A stretch of DNA of 64,000 nucleotides from an uncultured Candidatus Saccharibacteria bacterium (lineage in GTDB: Bacteria > Patescibacteriota > Minisyncoccia > Ryanbacterales > HO2-45-13): contig CAYHBS010000004.1 of NCBI GenBank assembly GCA_964354975.1, positions 3,614-67,613 of the forward strand, read 5' to 3'. A model generated the notes under the pieces. That model was not told where the DNA came from, ran no database searches, and worked only from the letters and a program-made list of their open reading frames with translations. The position numbers and the translations under genes are program-made. Shown here piece after piece: positions 20,735-29,137 of this stretch (position 1 is its first letter; each line of letters opens with the position of its first letter).

Positions 20735-22216
20735 TCACTCCGATATTTGAAAAATTGGAAGCACTGAAGCGGTAGCGCCTTCCATATCTTCGACTGCAGC
20801 GGATGTCTTGGTATTTGCCAGGTAGGTATAAAATACGCTTTCGGAAATATACGTACGAATAAGATCGGCATCCTTCTTACGATCAGTACTGCCAAGCAGT
20901 ACAATCCCTATGGGGCGCCCCTCAAATTCAGTCATTTTCAGATTGAACACCGCAACGAGCGTCTCACCTGCAGCGCCCGTAAACCCGCTTTTACTCCCAA
21001 TGTGTCCGGGGGTATCCAAAAATTGGCTGATATTTTTCCATTGATACGCATGGTGCGACTCACTCGCGGGCAGCGCCTTGGTGCGCAACGTCGTTACGTC
21101 AAGTACATGTTGCTTACTGATATAGAGATACCGCGCAAGCCGAATGAGATCGAGCGCGGTGGAAGTGTTTTTTGGCGAAAGTCCACTCGCATCTTCAAAG
21201 TGTGTTTGCTTCAGTCCAATCGACGACACTTTTGTATTCATCAAATCAACAAAACGCCGCTCTCCTACATATTCCGCAAGTGCCATTGCCGCATCGTTAC
21301 TTGATTCGAGGAGTAATGGAAACACAAATTCCTGTACTGCAAGTATGTCCCCAGGAACTAAATCTCCCCCCACCCCTTCGGTATCTACTGCGGTACGCGA
21401 AATAGAAAGTTCTTTGTAGTGGTCAAAATTATCAAACGCAGCGAGCACGGTAAATAATTTGCTAATCGACGCAATTGGCATCACGGTATTTCCTTGCTCT
21501 TCGAGGAGCACATCTCCCGTCGTGAGATCCGCAACCGCAAACGCCGTGGCACTGATACCACTCGGTATAGGAACGCCCGAGGAACGCACATAATATCCTG
21601 TTGGTGCCGCCGTTACTTCGTCGCGTACACCCGTCACGATAATGGGCGTTCCGATATCGATGATTTCAAACAGCGCTTTCGCGTCTTCCGTAGAAAGTCG
21701 AATGCATCCGCCGGAATACGTAGAATTCACGAGCGTACCATCATCCTTGTGCGGCCAGCCGTGAATAAAATAGTTGCCGTAAAAATGCATCGAGTATGGC
21801 ATCCAAATTTTTGCAATCGAAGAGAAGTGATTTTTTTCTTTCGTCTTGATGGCATAGGTGCCCGCGGGAGTCTCATAGGTAGAACCCGGTTTCCCGATCG
21901 CAAGGATGGGAAAGGTGCGATCTGCTTTTCCATCACGAAATACGGTGAGCACATGCGCATGAAGATCCGCATGAATAGACACTCCTTCCTTTGGAATTGA
22001 GAGTGGTTCGCGTACTGTTCCCGGAGTAAATGGCGGAACGGTGTGTTCAGCCTGTGGGATCTCTATTTCCTCGATCGATTCAGCGTCATGTGTTTGGAAT
22101 ACGTCCGATAGTAGCGCGGGAGAATGACCGAGTGCCGTAGCACCCCCCGATGTTAACAAAAAACCCAGCGCGAGGGTAAAGAGTACAAAAAAATGCCTGT
22201 GGACGTAGCGTATCAT
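20735..22216 (-). CDS. L,D-transpeptidase (YkuD) fused to D-Ala-D-Ala carboxypeptidase (peptidase S11)
   Basis: N-terminal signal/TM segment; FIHG...SGGCIRL (YkuD); ASISK, SSN, KSG (SxxK/SxN/KTG-like). Confidence 0.88.
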   Translation of the reverse strand: MIRYVHRHFFVLFTLALGFLLTSGGATALGHSPALLSDVFQTHDAESIEEIEIPQAEHTVPPFTPGTVREPLSIPKEGVSIHADLHAHVLTVFRDGKADRTFPILAIGKPGSTYETPAGTYAIKTKEKNHFSSIAKIWMPYSMHFYGNYFIHGWPHKDDGTLVNSTYSGGCIRLSTEDAKALFEIIDIGTPIIVTGVRDEVTAAPTGYYVRSSGVPIPSGISATAFAVADLTTGDVLLEEQGNTVMPIASISKLFTVLAAFDNFDHYKELSISRTAVDTEGVGGDLVPGDILAVQEFVFPLLLESSNDAAMALAEYVGERRFVDLMNTKVSSIGLKQTHFEDASGLSPKNTSTALDLIRLARYLYISKQHVLDVTTLRTKALPASESHHAYQWKNISQFLDTPGHIGSKSGFTGAAGETLVAVFNLKMTEFEGRPIGIVLLGSTDRKKDADLIRTYISESVFYTYLANTKTSAAVEDMEGATASVLPIFQISE

Positions 22217-22274
22217 GCGTTCAGTATTTCTATTATACGTGCATGCACAGCATATGCTGCTGTGGATAGAAAAA

Positions 22275-22300
22275 TCCCGTCCCGCCTAGGCGGGACGGGC
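22275..22300 (-). terminator. Intrinsic terminator
   Basis: CCCGTCCCGCC-TA-GGCGGGACGGG with a T-run on the minus strand. Confidence 0.7.
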
Positions 22301-22313
22301 AGTTGCATTGTCA

Positions 22314-22718
22314 CTACGCGTGCTGACTTTGCGCCACACGCACGAGCGCCGTGTACATGATGCGCTCAATACCTTGCACGACCCGCCGCTCTTCATCGTG
22401 ATGACGAATACGGTATGAGACGCGTAGCATTCGCGTCACGATCTTTGGGCTCTTATTGAGATATAGCGCAAGTGTTGCGGTGGAAAGATCGGGCGCATAC
22501 TTCCGCGCAATGGCGCACACCAGTCTTCTCGCCTCGTTGAAATGGCGTACTGACCGGGAAGATTTCATCTGCTCAAGACTGACGGTTGTCACCTTTGACA
22601 CTGTTGAAGTAATCAACTCCAGTCGCACATACGCGCGCCGACCAAACAGCGCGGCACGAATACTGCGTTCCACTGCGGCCGCGGCGGTGGAAGAGTCCCT
22701 CGGTAATGTTTGTTGCAC
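22314..22718 (-). CDS. Stand-alone DnaA C-terminal (domain IV)-like HTH protein
   Basis: VSKVTTVSLEQMKSSRSVRHFNEARRLVCAIARK...LSTATLALYLNK matches the DnaA_C helix pattern; GGAGGT SD. Confidence 0.6.
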   Translation of the reverse strand: MQQTLPRDSSTAAAAVERSIRAALFGRRAYVRLELITSTVSKVTTVSLEQMKSSRSVRHFNEARRLVCAIARKYAPDLSTATLALYLNKSPKIVTRMLRVSYRIRHHDEERRVVQGIERIMYTALVRVAQSQHA

Positions 22719-22827
22719 GGTGCTACCTCCTAGATTCTAGGGCGTAACTATACTGGATTATTCCCCGATGTAAAGAGAGTGGGGGCAGCTGATATAGCTA
22801 CCCCCTCCTGTTGAATGCTGTGCGTCA

Positions 22828-23580
22828 TCAGCTACTCGTTTTGGTAGATACGTCGGAAGCGGACGGAACTTTTGCAGGTACCGGGTGAGTGATACCGAGC
22901 ACCTCGTCCAATCGATCGAGTATCAGTTGAATATCACGCAAATGGTCACGTGTTTTTTTGCTTTCATCGATGTCAATGGTCACGACCCCGCGTAATACGG
23001 TGGTATGATTTCTCTGCGAAAGTGCGCCCCCAATATCTGGAAGGGATAGCTGTGTGCGTACGCGCGCGATCCAATAGAGAATATTGCGTGGATAGTTTTG
23101 ACGTCTCTTCTTTTGTCGCGAAAGTATTTCACTTTCTGGTATCTTAAAGTACCACGCGACGACCGCGAGAATACGATCTAATTCGGATGCTGATCGTAAT
23201 CTTTTCAACTCCCCGTCAGAAAACAAGTCGATGGATGGCCGTTTGACGGTATGATCACCCCTATCATCAGCGGTGCGCTCGTATGTCGCGCACGGTGAGT
23301 CCTCACGGTTTATGATACGCGCTTTCGATTGTTGATCTTTCTTCTTATCATGCTCGCCAATACGCTGTTGGGCAGTCAATGCTCCGTGGAACATACACCG
23401 ACCTTCATTCGTAGGATTTCCACATTGAAAGCAATACCTGCGTTTGAGTGTGGTCGGATCTTTTTGCGTGCACTCGCGACAGAGATCGTTTCCCCCCACT
23501 AAATCGATGCGTAGTAGCTGTGTGCCATCTTCGGTGCAATACCGATTAATGCCTCCAAACATGTACGCGTCCATATACAC
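22828..23580 (-). CDS. Cys-rich N-terminus plus DnaA domain IV-like HTH protein
   Basis: CREC and CFQC..C..H, then VAWYFKIPESEILS...PRNILYWIAR...LSLPDIGGALSQRNHTTVL (DnaA RDHTTV-like); AAGGAG SD. Confidence 0.75.
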   Translation of the reverse strand: MYMDAYMFGGINRYCTEDGTQLLRIDLVGGNDLCRECTQKDPTTLKRRYCFQCGNPTNEGRCMFHGALTAQQRIGEHDKKKDQQSKARIINREDSPCATYERTADDRGDHTVKRPSIDLFSDGELKRLRSASELDRILAVVAWYFKIPESEILSRQKKRRQNYPRNILYWIARVRTQLSLPDIGGALSQRNHTTVLRGVVTIDIDESKKTRDHLRDIQLILDRLDEVLGITHPVPAKVPSASDVSTKTSS

Positions 23581-23631
23581 TCCTTAAGGTGCGTTTGATT
23601 GGGTTGTACCATTTTGTAATCAAAATGTACA

Positions 23632-23883
23632 TCAACGCTTGCGCGCGCGTTGAATCAGCCGTAGCTTGCGATCGCGGCGTAACTGCTTAATCGCATGTTC
23701 ACGCGTGAGTGCGTGTGATTTATTTTTACAGCGTTCGGTATACGCAATTGCGACTGGCGGGTGGGACCTCGTATAGCGTCCGCCCCTTCCTGCTTTGTGT
23801 GCGGTAAAACGGCGCGCGAGATTATCGGTACTTCCGGTATACAAACTCCCATCCTTACATTTGAGGATATATATGCACCACAT
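23632..23883 (-). CDS. GIY-YIG nuclease family protein (YhbQ/UPF0213-like)
   Basis: IYILKCKDGSLYTGSTDNLARR..H..G.GGRYT..E..IK. Confidence 0.92.
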   Translation of the reverse strand: MWCIYILKCKDGSLYTGSTDNLARRFTAHKAGRGGRYTRSHPPVAIAYTERCKNKSHALTREHAIKQLRRDRKLRLIQRARKR

Positions 23884-23910
23884 AGATACAGTATAAAAGA
23901 AAACCGCCCC

Positions 23911-24138
23911 TCATGGGGCGGGTTGTTTCAAAAAATTCGGGTGCCACGGCAATGTGGTGGTGTTGATTGACTCGCGAATGTTTGCTGGCAGACTCATGCG
24001 AATCACTCTTGCCGCTCCCTCAAGCAGGGTGCGATCGGCGCTCCCTTCATTTGAGCGATGTGCTAATTTCTCAATGAGAACAGCGCACCATTCGTTTTCC
24101 ATCGCACGAATCGTTTGAGATTGCTCTGAAGTACTCAT
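23911..24138 (-). CDS. Hypothetical protein
   Basis: 75-aa ORF with AAGGAGG SD and a terminator-like hairpin at its end. Confidence 0.55.
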   Translation of the reverse strand: MSTSEQSQTIRAMENEWCAVLIEKLAHRSNEGSADRTLLEGAARVIRMSLPANIRESINTTTLPWHPNFLKQPAP

Positions 24139-24165
24139 TGCATCCCTCCTTGTTCGTTGGGCACT

Positions 24166-24393
24166 CTACCGCCGAAGTGTCAGCGACGCAAGACCTTTAC
24201 GCAAGTTCTCGGTTGCACCACCATAGCGCTGACGAGTCGTCATGTCTCGTGGTGCGTCTCCGAGCTCGGCCTGCGCTATGCGCCGATTCAGCAGAGCTGG
24301 AGTTTCTAGAATTTTGATAGATCTCCTTTTCGACTTTCCGAGACTTTCAGTATTACGCCGTGACTTTTGAGTTCTTGGTAGTAACTTTTTCAT
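24166..24393 (-). CDS. Hypothetical basic protein
   Basis: 75-aa ORF with GGAGGAG SD, tandem with the previous ORF. Confidence 0.55.
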   Translation of the reverse strand: MKKLLPRTQKSRRNTESLGKSKRRSIKILETPALLNRRIAQAELGDAPRDMTTRQRYGGATENLRKGLASLTLRR

Positions 24394-24475
24394 CTACTCC
24401 TCCTGGTGTCATCTGTAGTAATTCTATCACAACAAAACCACGCGCCAAACACGCGTCCGACGCACATAAAAAAAT

Positions 24476-24652
24476 TTAGCGAGCACTGCGGATATTCCCA
24501 ATTTGCACGGAAGCGACTGCCATCGCATCTGCTGCAACGACATCTTGCTCGATCGCAAACTTTTGCACTTCCCCCCACACACCAATAAACGTCACGAGAA
24601 TAATTGCGAGCGTCCAATCGAGCCAGCGTTCGAGAAAGACTTTTTTGTTCAT
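24476..24652 (-). CDS. Small single-TM hypothetical protein (58 aa)
   Basis: Manual translation MNKKVFLERWLDWTLAIILVTFIGVWGEVQKF...; below the ORF-track cutoff. Confidence 0.5.
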   Translation of the reverse strand: MNKKVFLERWLDWTLAIILVTFIGVWGEVQKFAIEQDVVAADAMAVASVQIGNIRSAR

Positions 24653-24726
24653 ATGTATATTGTGGCACGTTCATCCAGCATGGCGAGCACGGGGTGTGCA
24701 AATCCCTAGAGCGAAGGTATGTGATC

Positions 24727-25401
24727 TTATTTTTCACCTGCGGCGTAGTTAAACGCCTCATGCCAGTTGATATTACGCGTGATATACATCACTCCCGAAA
24801 GTAATGCGAATAGGAGGAGCGAACCCGCGAGGAGCGCATACGTTTCAAGATGGAGCGTAATCAACAAATACGCATAAATAATTGTGAGGAGAAGTGCGAT
24901 GAGCATTCCCCCACTTTTTGTTTTGAGTATGAAATGACTATAGAGCGAAATCAGCGCCGTGGTCATGAGCGCAGCAATGATATACGCCGCTAAAAATCCA
25001 ATGTGCTCCATAAATGCGAGGAGTAATAGATAAAATTCCGCAAGTGAAAGCCCAACAAGTAAATATTGTATCGGGTGGAGCCGGAGGCGATAAAAAATTT
25101 CCATGAGGAAAAACGCAAGGAACGTAAGTACAATAAAAAGAATTGCATACTTCAGCACGCGATCAACAAGTCTATACACGCTTACACCGTTTTCATCAAA
25201 CCCCGGAAGTTTCCCGTGTATAAGCACTTTGGCCACGTCTCCACCTTGTCTCTCTACTGCGGCCCCTTGATATGCAATTCGGTCGTTGACCATTGACTGA
25301 ACAAATAGACTGGCAGCAAAACTCACAATCAAAATCACCCCAATCACGAAGATTTTTATAGCAAACGCAATATACGAAGCAAGCGGTGTGAGTGGCCCCA
25401 T
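24727..25401 (-). CDS. Inner membrane CreD-family protein (short form)
   Basis: YRLVDRVLKYAILFI, LHPIQYLLVGL, FYLLLLAFMEHIGF, MYITRNINW. Confidence 0.85.
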   Translation of the reverse strand: MGPLTPLASYIAFAIKIFVIGVILIVSFAASLFVQSMVNDRIAYQGAAVERQGGDVAKVLIHGKLPGFDENGVSVYRLVDRVLKYAILFIVLTFLAFFLMEIFYRLRLHPIQYLLVGLSLAEFYLLLLAFMEHIGFLAAYIIAALMTTALISLYSHFILKTKSGGMLIALLLTIIYAYLLITLHLETYALLAGSLLLFALLSGVMYITRNINWHEAFNYAAGEK

Positions 25402-25498
25402 GTACTTATGGTAACACCGGTAGGGCGGTAAAAGTAACGCCATCAAGGACACGAGTAATCACCTGTGTGACTTTAGGAGAGATGAAATAAACAAGAGA

Positions 25499-25523
25499 AA
25501 ACCAGGACGTTAGGTCCTGGTTT
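25499..25523 (-). terminator. Intrinsic terminator closing the putative ncRNA
   Basis: AAACCAGGAC-5 nt-GTCCTGGTTT; reads ...GGTTTTCTCTT on the minus strand. Confidence 0.7.
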
Positions 25524-25531
25524 GGTTGGCA

Positions 25532-25775
25532 CCCGGAAGGTTGGCGCTCACGCAGTCAATGCTGCCAAGAGTCTCCGCTGAACACAACGAACCACTCGCG
25601 TCGCGAACACAGGAAAGAGAGAACATCACCATCAAGAAAAAAGAAACAAGGCGTTCGCTCGTATGGGAGTGCGCTCGCAAGCACATCCCTCGTACCCAAC
25701 TCGGTACCCGTTGATTGCCTGCGCTCACCAACCTTCCGGGGACTTTTGACCGTCTGTAGAGACGACCAAGAGCCT
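25532..25775 (-). ncRNA. Putative retron-like (msr/msd-type) ncRNA downstream of the RT
   Basis: Perfect 13-bp inverted repeat CCCGGAAGGTTGG (25532-25544) / CCAACCTTCCGGG (25728-25740), internal stem-loops, its own promoter and terminator, and no credible ORF. Confidence 0.6.
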
Positions 25776-25781
25776 ACAGCA

Positions 25782-25810
25782 ATAATAGCGCGAGAGATAC
25801 AACAGAGCAA
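25782..25810 (-). promoter_or_regulatory. Sigma70-type promoter for the putative ncRNA
   Basis: Minus strand TTGCTC-17 nt-TATTAT. Confidence 0.5.
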
Positions 25811-25870
25811 CTCACCGGAATTGGTGGGCGCAGTGAAAACTTTCCCTAATACTCAATACCTAAATATGAA

Positions 25871-25902
25871 AAAAGGGGTAGCTGGATTCCGCTACCCCTT
25901 TT
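25871..25902. terminator. Intrinsic terminator overlapping the RT stop codon
   Basis: AAAAGGGGTAGC-8 nt-GCTACCCCTTTT. Confidence 0.75.
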
Positions 25903-26803
25903 GTTTTTTTCTCCTCCGCGCAGCTTTCCTCGCTACACGGTATGTATGCACTAGTCGTGTAAAGGTTTGATCGAAGGGTTCTTCCCGCATAATCCCAGAT
26001 ATGACGCCCATTCTTCCAGAAAGTTCAGAGAACCCTTCCCCAGTCTCTAGGAATTTTCTGAGAAGTTTTTTGGTCTTCCAGCGAAATTGTTGTGGAACAA
26101 AAATACGTCCTCCAAGTTCTAGTCCCACGCCATTGACCACTACTGGACCTTTCATCAAATCCCATACGTGCGTCTTTCGATGACTAATAGAAAATCCAGC
26201 GGATTCGATAATGGATCGAATGTTGCTCCGTTTTTTCTCTCCTATCACTTCTGCCGCAGAAAACACAAGATCATCGATATAGCGCGTATAGGTCATACCA
26301 TACCTCGCGACCACAGGGGCAAGCACTCGATCAAGTACTGCGCTCGCATAGATATTAAACAGGTCGGGCGATGCGGGGGCGCCAACTGCAAGTCCACCAG
26401 AGCATGATGCACAATAATTCTCTAGAAATGTGCGTGCCATCTCTACTTCGGTGTTTAGGGGGAGTTGTCCTTCCAATGAAAGTAGAATCTCCGCGAGCGT
26501 ATTGAGATTGATGGTATGATACGCATCACGCAAATCAAGGTGATAGATATATCGATTTTGACGATGACGCGCAACGTGTCGTGCCGGGTTAGCCCCTGGG
26601 CGCGCTCCCGTGGCAAACCGCAGATCGGCGGGTAGTGAACGTAAGTGAGAAATGAGGCGCTTGTGAAGTTGTCTCATCGATGTATTCGGAGCTTCGATAA
26701 GACGCTTTTTCCTCGTACCACTAAGTGGATTGATGTCGTTGTAAAGGAACCTCCGAAACTTCGGAGGTGTTTTTGTTCTGGGCAACAAATCTATCAGATA
26801 CAT
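25892..26803 (-). CDS. Retron-type reverse transcriptase (303 aa)
   Basis: KKRLIEAP, region X-like ANPARHVARH, HLDLRDAY, GLAVGAPASPDLFN, YTRYIDDLVFS, region Y-like VVNGV; GGAGGT SD before the ATG at 26803. Confidence 0.9.
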   Translation of the reverse strand: MYLIDLLPRTKTPPKFRRFLYNDINPLSGTRKKRLIEAPNTSMRQLHKRLISHLRSLPADLRFATGARPGANPARHVARHRQNRYIYHLDLRDAYHTINLNTLAEILLSLEGQLPLNTEVEMARTFLENYCASCSGGLAVGAPASPDLFNIYASAVLDRVLAPVVARYGMTYTRYIDDLVFSAAEVIGEKKRSNIRSIIESAGFSISHRKTHVWDLMKGPVVVNGVGLELGGRIFVPQQFRWKTKKLLRKFLETGEGFSELSGRMGVISGIMREEPFDQTFTRLVHTYRVARKAARRRKKQKG

Positions 26804-26940
26804 CTGAAACACCTCCTCTATCCTTGGTTTGGCCACACTCTATCATACACGCGCAGCGAATGATACTTTTCAAGATTCGAGAGAATATCACTCCGCTTTG
26901 CAAATCCCGACGCCTCGGTTGGGGCATGTGTTTTGCAAAT

Positions 26941-26966
26941 CAAAAACCGCCATACTGCGGTTTTTG
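26941..26966. terminator. Bidirectional terminator-like hairpin between the RT and the AT-rich island
   Basis: CAAAAACCGC-CATACT-GCGGTTTTTG. Confidence 0.7.
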
Positions 26967-27283
26967 AGTAAAACTTCTGGCTGCCATGGGTGGGCGCTCA
27001 TTGGCACCGAATAATCAGGGACATCAATACGTTAAATGTTGCTAATACAGAATAGAGCAGCTCTTTTTTGTAAATTGGGTCTCCTGCTAGTGGAAGTTGG
27101 AACTGCGCTTTATAACACAACATCCCTACTGATGGATTTTTTTGATTTACGTGTCACTATTACCTAGCCAACGTTTATATGGGTTTCTGCGGGTAAAATC
27201 TCTCAGGAATATTCCGTAGCTTACATAACCTCTATCTTTATACTATGCTAAAAATGTGATGAAGCTTCAATACATAAGCTTGA

Positions 27284-28522
27284 ATGAATAAGAAAAAAAA
27301 GGTGATGATCTTCGTTGACGGAGAATTCATCCCATCCTACAGTGGGGCGACAAATAGATTTCACTATTTATCTGACGCCCTTCAACGATATACAAATACA
27401 GAAGTTGTTGTCGTTGTGTCCGACCGTGGTTGGACAGACACAAAGCTAATTAGAAAAGAGCGATTTAGGACATATTTGGTTCGCTCTGACTTATTTAAAA
27501 ACATTGACTTTCTGTTCCATCTAGTAAACAGGGAGCAACCTCAGATACTACAATTTGCTAACCTTGAGCTTGCCGTTCAACTAGGCATCCCCTTATCAGT
27601 AATGGGTGGTCAACACTTGGTGTATGAGGCGCATTATGATGATTTGGAATTCGCTAAATCTCTTGGTGCACCCAAAAAACAATTAGATAGCGTAAGGGGT
27701 TTAATGCATCACTTCGGCATTTATTTTGATAAGATTATTTCCCTCAGTAAGGATGACCACCTTGTTAAATCAAGATTTGGGGTTAGCGCGTCTCGCATCG
27801 CTATAGTGCCGAGCGGAATCAGACTAGATGACTTTCCACATAGTTGTTTTAAAGCGACCTCAAAAAAAATAATATTTCTAGGGAATTATTATTATGCCGT
27901 CAATTTAGCGGCTCTGAAACTGATTAGGAATTCTGTTTATCCAAAATTATCTGAGAAAGGATATATTTTTTATATTATTGGTGACATTCCATCCAAGATA
28001 AAGAAATCACTTGAGAAAAAAAACTTCGTAATCGTCGGCAAACAAAGTACGCTAAATACATACTTCAGTAATTCATTGTGCGCCCTTTCACCCGTTGCTG
28101 CTGGGTCCGGGATGAGAATTAAGATACTTGACTATTTGAATGCGGGGCTACCTGTCATCACAACCAGCCAGGGATCGCGGGGGTTCCTAAATAGAAACTT
28201 ATTGATGATTGAGGATGACATTAATAAGTTTTCCGAAATTATAGAGCTCATTGCAAGGTCAACTTTCACCTCTAGATTATTATCTGAGGCAGGCAGAAGG
28301 TTTGTTAGAAAACATATGTCCTGGAGTGTGGTCGCACAAAGCATGTCTGAAGAGTACGATAAAATTCTCCATAAAAGGAGGGTTACAAAGATCAATGCCC
28401 TGAATAGAATAAGTCAGCTAACTGCTCGTGATCCCGCGTGGCTTAAAGAAGTCATCAAAAAGGGGCGTTTTCAGGGAGCGAAACCCCATCTTTCGAAAAA
28501 ATCATATATAGTACTAAATTGA
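27284..28522 (+). CDS. GT-B (GT4-like) glycosyltransferase
   Basis: SGATNR, YEAH, IVPSG, IFLGN...N, GSGMRIKILDYLNAGLPVITTSQG. Confidence 0.85.
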   Translation: MNKKKKVMIFVDGEFIPSYSGATNRFHYLSDALQRYTNTEVVVVVSDRGWTDTKLIRKERFRTYLVRSDLFKNIDFLFHLVNREQPQILQFANLELAVQLGIPLSVMGGQHLVYEAHYDDLEFAKSLGAPKKQLDSVRGLMHHFGIYFDKIISLSKDDHLVKSRFGVSASRIAIVPSGIRLDDFPHSCFKATSKKIIFLGNYYYAVNLAALKLIRNSVYPKLSEKGYIFYIIGDIPSKIKKSLEKKNFVIVGKQSTLNTYFSNSLCALSPVAAGSGMRIKILDYLNAGLPVITTSQGSRGFLNRNLLMIEDDINKFSEIIELIARSTFTSRLLSEAGRRFVRKHMSWSVVAQSMSEEYDKILHKRRVTKINALNRISQLTARDPAWLKEVIKKGRFQGAKPHLSKKSYIVLN

Positions 28523-29109
28523 TGAAATCAATCATCGCCCTTGAAGGGCTCCCCTGCTCAGGGAAAACTGAATTTTTTGAGAAGTTCAAAACCAGTGGGG
28601 TGGAAATGTTTTTCATTCCTGAGCTCTACATGGATGCCCGCGACAAAGTGAATGCTAAAGATGCCCGAGCATTATATACTGAGGCTGAGAAGGATAAGTT
28701 TAAAAAAGTGCCTAAAAATGCACATACCATTTTGTGTGATCGATCATATATTTCAACACTCGGATTTTCCTATGCTTATGGGAAAACATTTTGGGAATAC
28801 AGCACATATGACTACAACACTAAGTTTTTTTCTACAAATCACGATGCAATCCTAGTCCCAACGCATGTTATTGTATTTCGAATACCACCCGAAGAAAGTT
28901 TGAGAAGAAGCACAGAGAAGGGCAGAACTGAAGACGTAGCATATTGGCAGAATATTCAGTTTCTGAGTAATTTTGCAGCCTTTTACGAGTCAGATTTATT
29001 AAAAACGCTTATTAAGAGTAAAATAATATTTGTAGACGCATTAAATATCCATCCTGAGCAAGTTTACGGTCAAGTCGATCAATCGATTAGACAATATATC
29101 AGGAAGTGA
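28519..29109 (+). CDS. P-loop deoxynucleoside/thymidylate kinase family protein
   Basis: IALEGLPCSGKT, IPE, LCDRSYIST, PEESLRR. Confidence 0.8.
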   Translation: MMKSIIALEGLPCSGKTEFFEKFKTSGVEMFFIPELYMDARDKVNAKDARALYTEAEKDKFKKVPKNAHTILCDRSYISTLGFSYAYGKTFWEYSTYDYNTKFFSTNHDAILVPTHVIVFRIPPEESLRRSTEKGRTEDVAYWQNIQFLSNFAAFYESDLLKTLIKSKIIFVDALNIHPEQVYGQVDQSIRQYIRK

Positions 29110-29137
29110 TTATTACGATGTGAGCGGGTCATAATAA

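Noticed and set aside
25510-25810. Short ORFs (62-84 aa) in the ncRNA region
   Set aside because: They overlap on both strands, have no SD or recognisable protein features, and the structure signals explain the region better.
25892-26836. RT as a DGR or group II intron maturase
   Set aside because: No template/variable repeat pair or avd-like gene seen, no maturase X domain or domain V/VI RNA; motifs and size fit retron-like RTs.
26840-26970. Canonical upstream msr-msd for the RT
   Set aside because: Only short hairpins and a terminator, no long a1/a2 pair, and a -10 element sits between this region and the RT start.
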